Positions 59,591-64,000 of a DNA stretch of 64,000 bases are shown in pieces. Source of the stretch: Perkinsus chesapeaki ATCC PRA-425 (lineage: Eukaryota > Protista > Perkinsozoa); NCBI GenBank assembly GCA_013115145.1, contig JAAPAO010000009.1, positions 62,001 to 126,000 of the forward strand. The letters run 5' to 3'. The translations under genes were made by a program, and so were the position numbers. Below the pieces are notes generated by a model that saw only the letters and a list, made by a program, of their open reading frames with translations, did not search any database and was not told the DNA's origin. Position 1 is the first letter of the stretch. Each line of letters opens with the position of its first letter.

Positions 59591-59950
59591 CTGCTGCTGC
59601 TGCTTTCCGACACGTAAAGATGCCTTCGTCGCATCGTCATTACCAACTTCTTAACGTACACGTTCCTGTTTCTATATCAAACCGCGCGACTTGCTTTCCC
59701 GAGGTGAGGGGGTGTCCCCTTTACTGTGTGCTGAAATTTCCGAATGGCGTGCTTCCTGATGCCATCAGCTATTGTAAAGGGGGACAGTTTTTGTGTGATC
59801 TGCATGCCCCATGGGTTCCCGAGCATGCAAGTAGCGCAAGGTGTGTGTTAGCTATGACGGCAAGCAGCAGGATACTGAAAGAATGGAGCCGCGGATGGGG
59901 CCTTCATTTCGAGGATCTGAAATCGTCAGTTTAATTTTCCCAAATCGGCC

Positions 59951-61308
59951 ATGTCTAGACAGTTTCGCGGTGAAGAGCACGAGCCCACCTGGGAGGAGGT
60001 GAAGGGACTTCTGGCCGATCCTGAGGCCCCTGTAGAGGCCAGGTATCGCGCTCTCTTCTACGCCCGAAGCCGTGATGACTCTGAGGCGATCGAGGCCCTT
60101 TATAAGGTTTTGGAGCCCGAAACCAAATCTGTAGGGGGACAGGAAGTGGGAAGTTTTAAAGGTATTTTTACAGGTCCTGCTTCGCCACGAGGCTTGTTAC
60201 TGCATTGGACAGATGGAGCATGGCTTGGAGGGCGCGTGGAAGCTGGAGAGTGTTATGGACGATGTTAATGAGCATCCTATGGTAAGTATCTTGAGCTTCA
60301 GCGAGGAAGATACCCAGGAGGTTGAGTCGGTTATGTGGTTTATGTAGGTCCGTCATGAAGCCATCGAAGGTCTCGCTGCTTGCGGTTCCGTCGATTCTCT
60401 CGAAAAAATTCGCCCCTACCTCACCCACGAGAATGAGGCTGTTAGAGATACTGCCACATTGGCTGTTGAGTCTCTCGAGAGTAATGTGGTCCATACCGCT
60501 CTCTTCTCTACTCCTCCATCTCAGATCTGAAGAAGACCAAGGATACCGACGCCCAGCGCAGTGAGTTCAACACTGTCGATCCCATTGGAGCCAAGGCCCG
60601 CCAGCACGCCACTAAGACCGAAGATGTACGCGTGTACAAGGGCTTTAGCGCCATCTCACCTTTCCTCAGGCCGCCCGGCGTCTCATGGATCCCAAGGCCA
60701 AGCTATCGGATAGATACGCTGCGATGTATCAGCTCCGTGCTGCCACCTTGCCCGGCTCAGTGTAAGCCTTCTGTTTCCCCCACATATCAAAGAGTTTGAT
60801 GGTGCAGGTCTCCCGATCCTGAGGCTTTGAAGGCCCTAGCGCGGGTGCTCAGAGAGGACCACTCCTCAGCTTTGATGAGGCACGAGCTCGCCTTTGTCGT
60901 TGCCCAGGTGGCTTTCGATGCTGATAAGGATATGGTAGGCTTCCTTCGGTCCCTCCAATGTCTCCCACTTTCCCTTCTTTAGACCCTTTCCAGCGTGCAA
61001 GCTCTCATCGACTCTGTTAAGGACACTGACGAGGCCTGCATGGTCCGTCACGAGTCCGCTGTGGCCCTTGGTTCCATTGGGGGCGAGGAGGCTACCAAGT
61101 TCCTCAGAGACTACGTTCAAAGGCCTGTCAACCACGACGAGGTAACAACCATTTCATCTCCCTCCTCTTCCTCAGTTGGCCTCCTTCTTAGGATGAAGCT
61201 GTCGTGATTGAGAGCTGCAAGGTGGCCCTGGATGCCATCAACTTCTGGTCGGACATGAGCACCGGCACCACTGAGGAGCCTGCCTCCGCCGCGGTCGCCG
61301 CTGCCTAA
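59951..61308 (+). CDS. DOHH: Deoxyhypusine hydroxylase (HEAT-like), multi-exon
   Basis: RYRALFY plus four HE motifs: LLRHEACYCIGQM, VRHEAIEGL, LMRHELAFVVAQ, MVRHESAVALGSIG; ends IESCKVALD. Confidence 0.95.
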
Positions 61309-61565
61309 ACGCCGGAAGCACCACGTTAAATTATAGCTTTGTTACATTTCCTCGACCCGCTACTGCTGCTGTGATGCCGAGTTAGGACCCTATCAGGGAA
61401 GGAGACAGTTTGCGCAATCTGCCATAGTCAACATCATAAACGAGTTTCTTATCAAGTACTGTCGTATCTTTTCACTGAATCTACCTCCAGTTTGAGTTCA
61501 GTCATCCCAATAGGAGTATCTTCTTCCAGCTTGGCCGTGGAAGCTTTTGCTTAACTGGGCACACT

Positions 61566-64000
61566 ATGGCCGATGACGCCACACCTTCGGGGGAGAGCGG
61601 TCAAAAGTTGATGAGCGACACGAGCCTGGTTACCAGCGGGTGCGGTGGGGTGGATAGTGTTATGAGCAGCGGGACTAACAGCCCTCGGTCCTCCGTCGAG
61701 GCGACCATCGCCTCCGGGCCTGGCTCGGGAATTCTCTATTTCAACTGTACTACCCGTTCTGCGCCGTCCTGTGGACCATTCTGCTGTATCAGTCGTGGAC
61801 ACTCGTGTGAGCCCAGCAGTTTCCCCTAAGGGCGGCGGTAAGTCTTCAGCCGCAGTAGTCGATGCTGCCACAGCGGCGGCCTCGGGTAGAGGCGCAGGAG
61901 GCCGCCTGATGCCTGAGAGATCGCCGCCCTCTACGGGGCCTCGCTACGCCTTTTGTGTTCGCAGTGACATCTTTTCTCAGTACTACGTCAGTGAAAGCAG
62001 GTGAAGCAGAAGACGGTTAGATACCATGTAGGGCACCTGCTTTAGGTTTGCGGATGCCTTGATCATCCCGGCAACCTTCGACTGGCCCCTAGAGCTCTGC
62101 CTAGTGGTGCAGCCAGGACCAGTAGTAATCTGTCTCTCAGTTGCGGTTTCGGAATCACATTCTCAGGGGGTGCCGTTCCCGTCCACTCTGCCGTGGTATT
62201 GCCGGGGCGAGCGCGGGGCCAATGAGAGTGGCACGAAGCCCTCGAAGGCCAGCGACTCGCCGAGGCCGGGAAAGGCTCAAGCTGAAATTGTCGGGGAACC
62301 GCTGAAGGTACGGTAAGAGGCCCATGGTCACGGCCAGCTCGGATGCAGATATCCTACAGAGAGGCCGGCCGCGGAGGGCACATGGTGGACCGATGGGTAC
62401 AGTTTACCCACGATAGCAAGCTACTGGAGGTATCGCCTTGAGGAAATCTACCCGGGGCAATTCTCGCGCGCCACGAATAGGTCCGTATACAATACAGCGT
62501 CTGCAAGGCCTGGGATATCTACTCCGACCCAACTCAGCTGGAGGAGGCCAGTAGGCCTGCCGTTGAGCAAATCCTTAAAATGGTTAACGATCCCGCAGGA
62601 GTAGGCCCTCGGTCGGACGAAGCCGTCACTGTCTGCTGCCATCCAGGTTCTGCCCTACGCCCTGTATCATGTAGCCTCGGTGGCCAATAGCGATAAGACA
62701 GCTCTTATCCTAATGCACGCCATGGACTACAACTCAACTCTTCGTTTTTTCGGCAGGCTATCAGAACAGGAGGTAAGCTGCTCTGCTCATCATCCGGATG
62801 GGAAAGGTTGCGAAACGTTACAGGGCCAGCTGTGGAGCTTTTGCCTGGCGCATTCGATTTTATCGGCTCAGGCCGTAGATAATTGGGGATCGCTTATGAC
62901 GTGGTGCGCAGCGCAGAGAGAAACTCTTAGACCGAGCTGGATTCTCACAGCTCGCTCAATAGAGCGACACAATCGGGCGTACCGGTTGAAAAGATCGTAT
63001 TCTTTTCGAGGAGAGTCCTAGTCCGCTGGACCGCGCATGTAGTGTACCACAACGTAACCAGCTCAAATCCGTTCAATACAGCAAGGCCTCATGTCTGCCC
63101 CTATAGTCCAACTCCCCCCATGTCCAATACAATCCCATCTCAGGTGTTCCGCGTTTCCGCCGGCGATCGACCGGTCCGACGACTTCTCTATTTGTTCAGC
63201 AAAATTGGTTGCTTTTTAAGGGCTTTTGTGACAGTCTACAGGCGGAGGCAGCTGAAGGAGTACCTCACCAATGTACAGGCTCAAGTGCACCAACTGGCCG
63301 CTCAGGGATCGGTACTATTTCGGGGCGCGCAAGAAACACGTCCACTGATCAGACTTTGACCCCACAGCAGCGGCTGAATAAACTCCAGAACATTCTCAAT
63401 CGGCTGCTCGAGGCGCTCGTGGACTTCACGACTACGCAACTTCCCCGCCACTTCTTCCACGATCTTGATGATGCTTGCCGTCCCAACTTCAGCAACAGCA
63501 ATCTGGTCATTGGAGGCGTCCTCTGCGTCCACGTGTGCTCGGTAGTGGAGACAGGCTATTTGCTAGAGCAACGTCCGATGCATTAGGCGGTTTTGGCAAT
63601 GCCGAGGCAGCTGGAGTTCGTGGGAAAGGACGATCCCATTAGCCCAGTCGCTGCCGGAATCTGGCTGGCTTTGCTCAGGGCGACTTTCCTGTTCTATCTT
63701 ATGGTAGAAATCTACTCCTTGCTGCTGAGAACGCAGTCCTTCTCTCAGCTGAGCGAGCAGCTCGATCCGGTCCGCATCTTCGAATATATCCCCGATGAAA
63801 TCTACACTCTCGTCAGAGGCGTCGGCTTCGATGTACTACCTCTCCTTCCCCAATAATTCCCCCAACTACGATGGTGCCAGGTGCGGGCCAAGGCCAACAT
63901 CCAGTTCCAAATGCGGATTCTGCAGTCAAGAGGACTCCAGCCCCCGGACAAGTCGGACAGGGCCTTGGAGACCTCAGCGGCAGCGGAGGTGCGGATGACC
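61566..64000 (+). CDS. Multi-exon hypothetical protein, truncated by the window end
   Basis: Ser-rich N-terminus then helical exons (VCKAWDIYSDPTQLEE..., QQRLNKLQNILNRLLEALVDF..., GIWLALLRATFLFYLMVEIY); no motif recognised. Confidence 0.45.

Overview
Eukaryotic, gene-dense nuclear DNA with many short (about 40-60 nt) GT-AG introns. Alveolin-type V/P/E/K repeats, an apicomplexan-style COX5B, a helical-repeat/RAP protein and a small Cys-rich surface module point to a myzozoan alveolate, most likely Perkinsus (inference, not searched). About 30 protein genes lie in five same-strand blocks (+ 1-5.3 kb, - 5.6-26.4 kb, + 26.6-43.1 kb, - 43.2-54.3 kb, + 54.4-64 kb), often with only 50-150 nt between genes. 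Confidently recognisable genes: RPL39, BOP1/Erb1, a P4-ATPase flippase, coatomer zeta, LSM2, COX5B, MPP10, DOHH, two AAAP amino-acid transporters, a Mei2-like RRM protein and an SR protein. The main observations not visible in the ORF track are: (1) a cluster of five box C/D snoRNAs just downstream of RPL39, four recognisable rRNA-complementary guide sequences plus weaker second guides; (2) an RNI-like LRR domain spliced in frame to a hemolysin-III/PAQR membrane domain; (3) a tandem triad of intronless, putatively GPI-anchored mucin-like proteins sharing an 8-Cys module; (4) an intronless RRM + LOTUS protein. Multi-exon gene boundaries were assembled by eye and are approximate. No CRISPR array, rRNA gene, tRNA gene or intact transposon was found.
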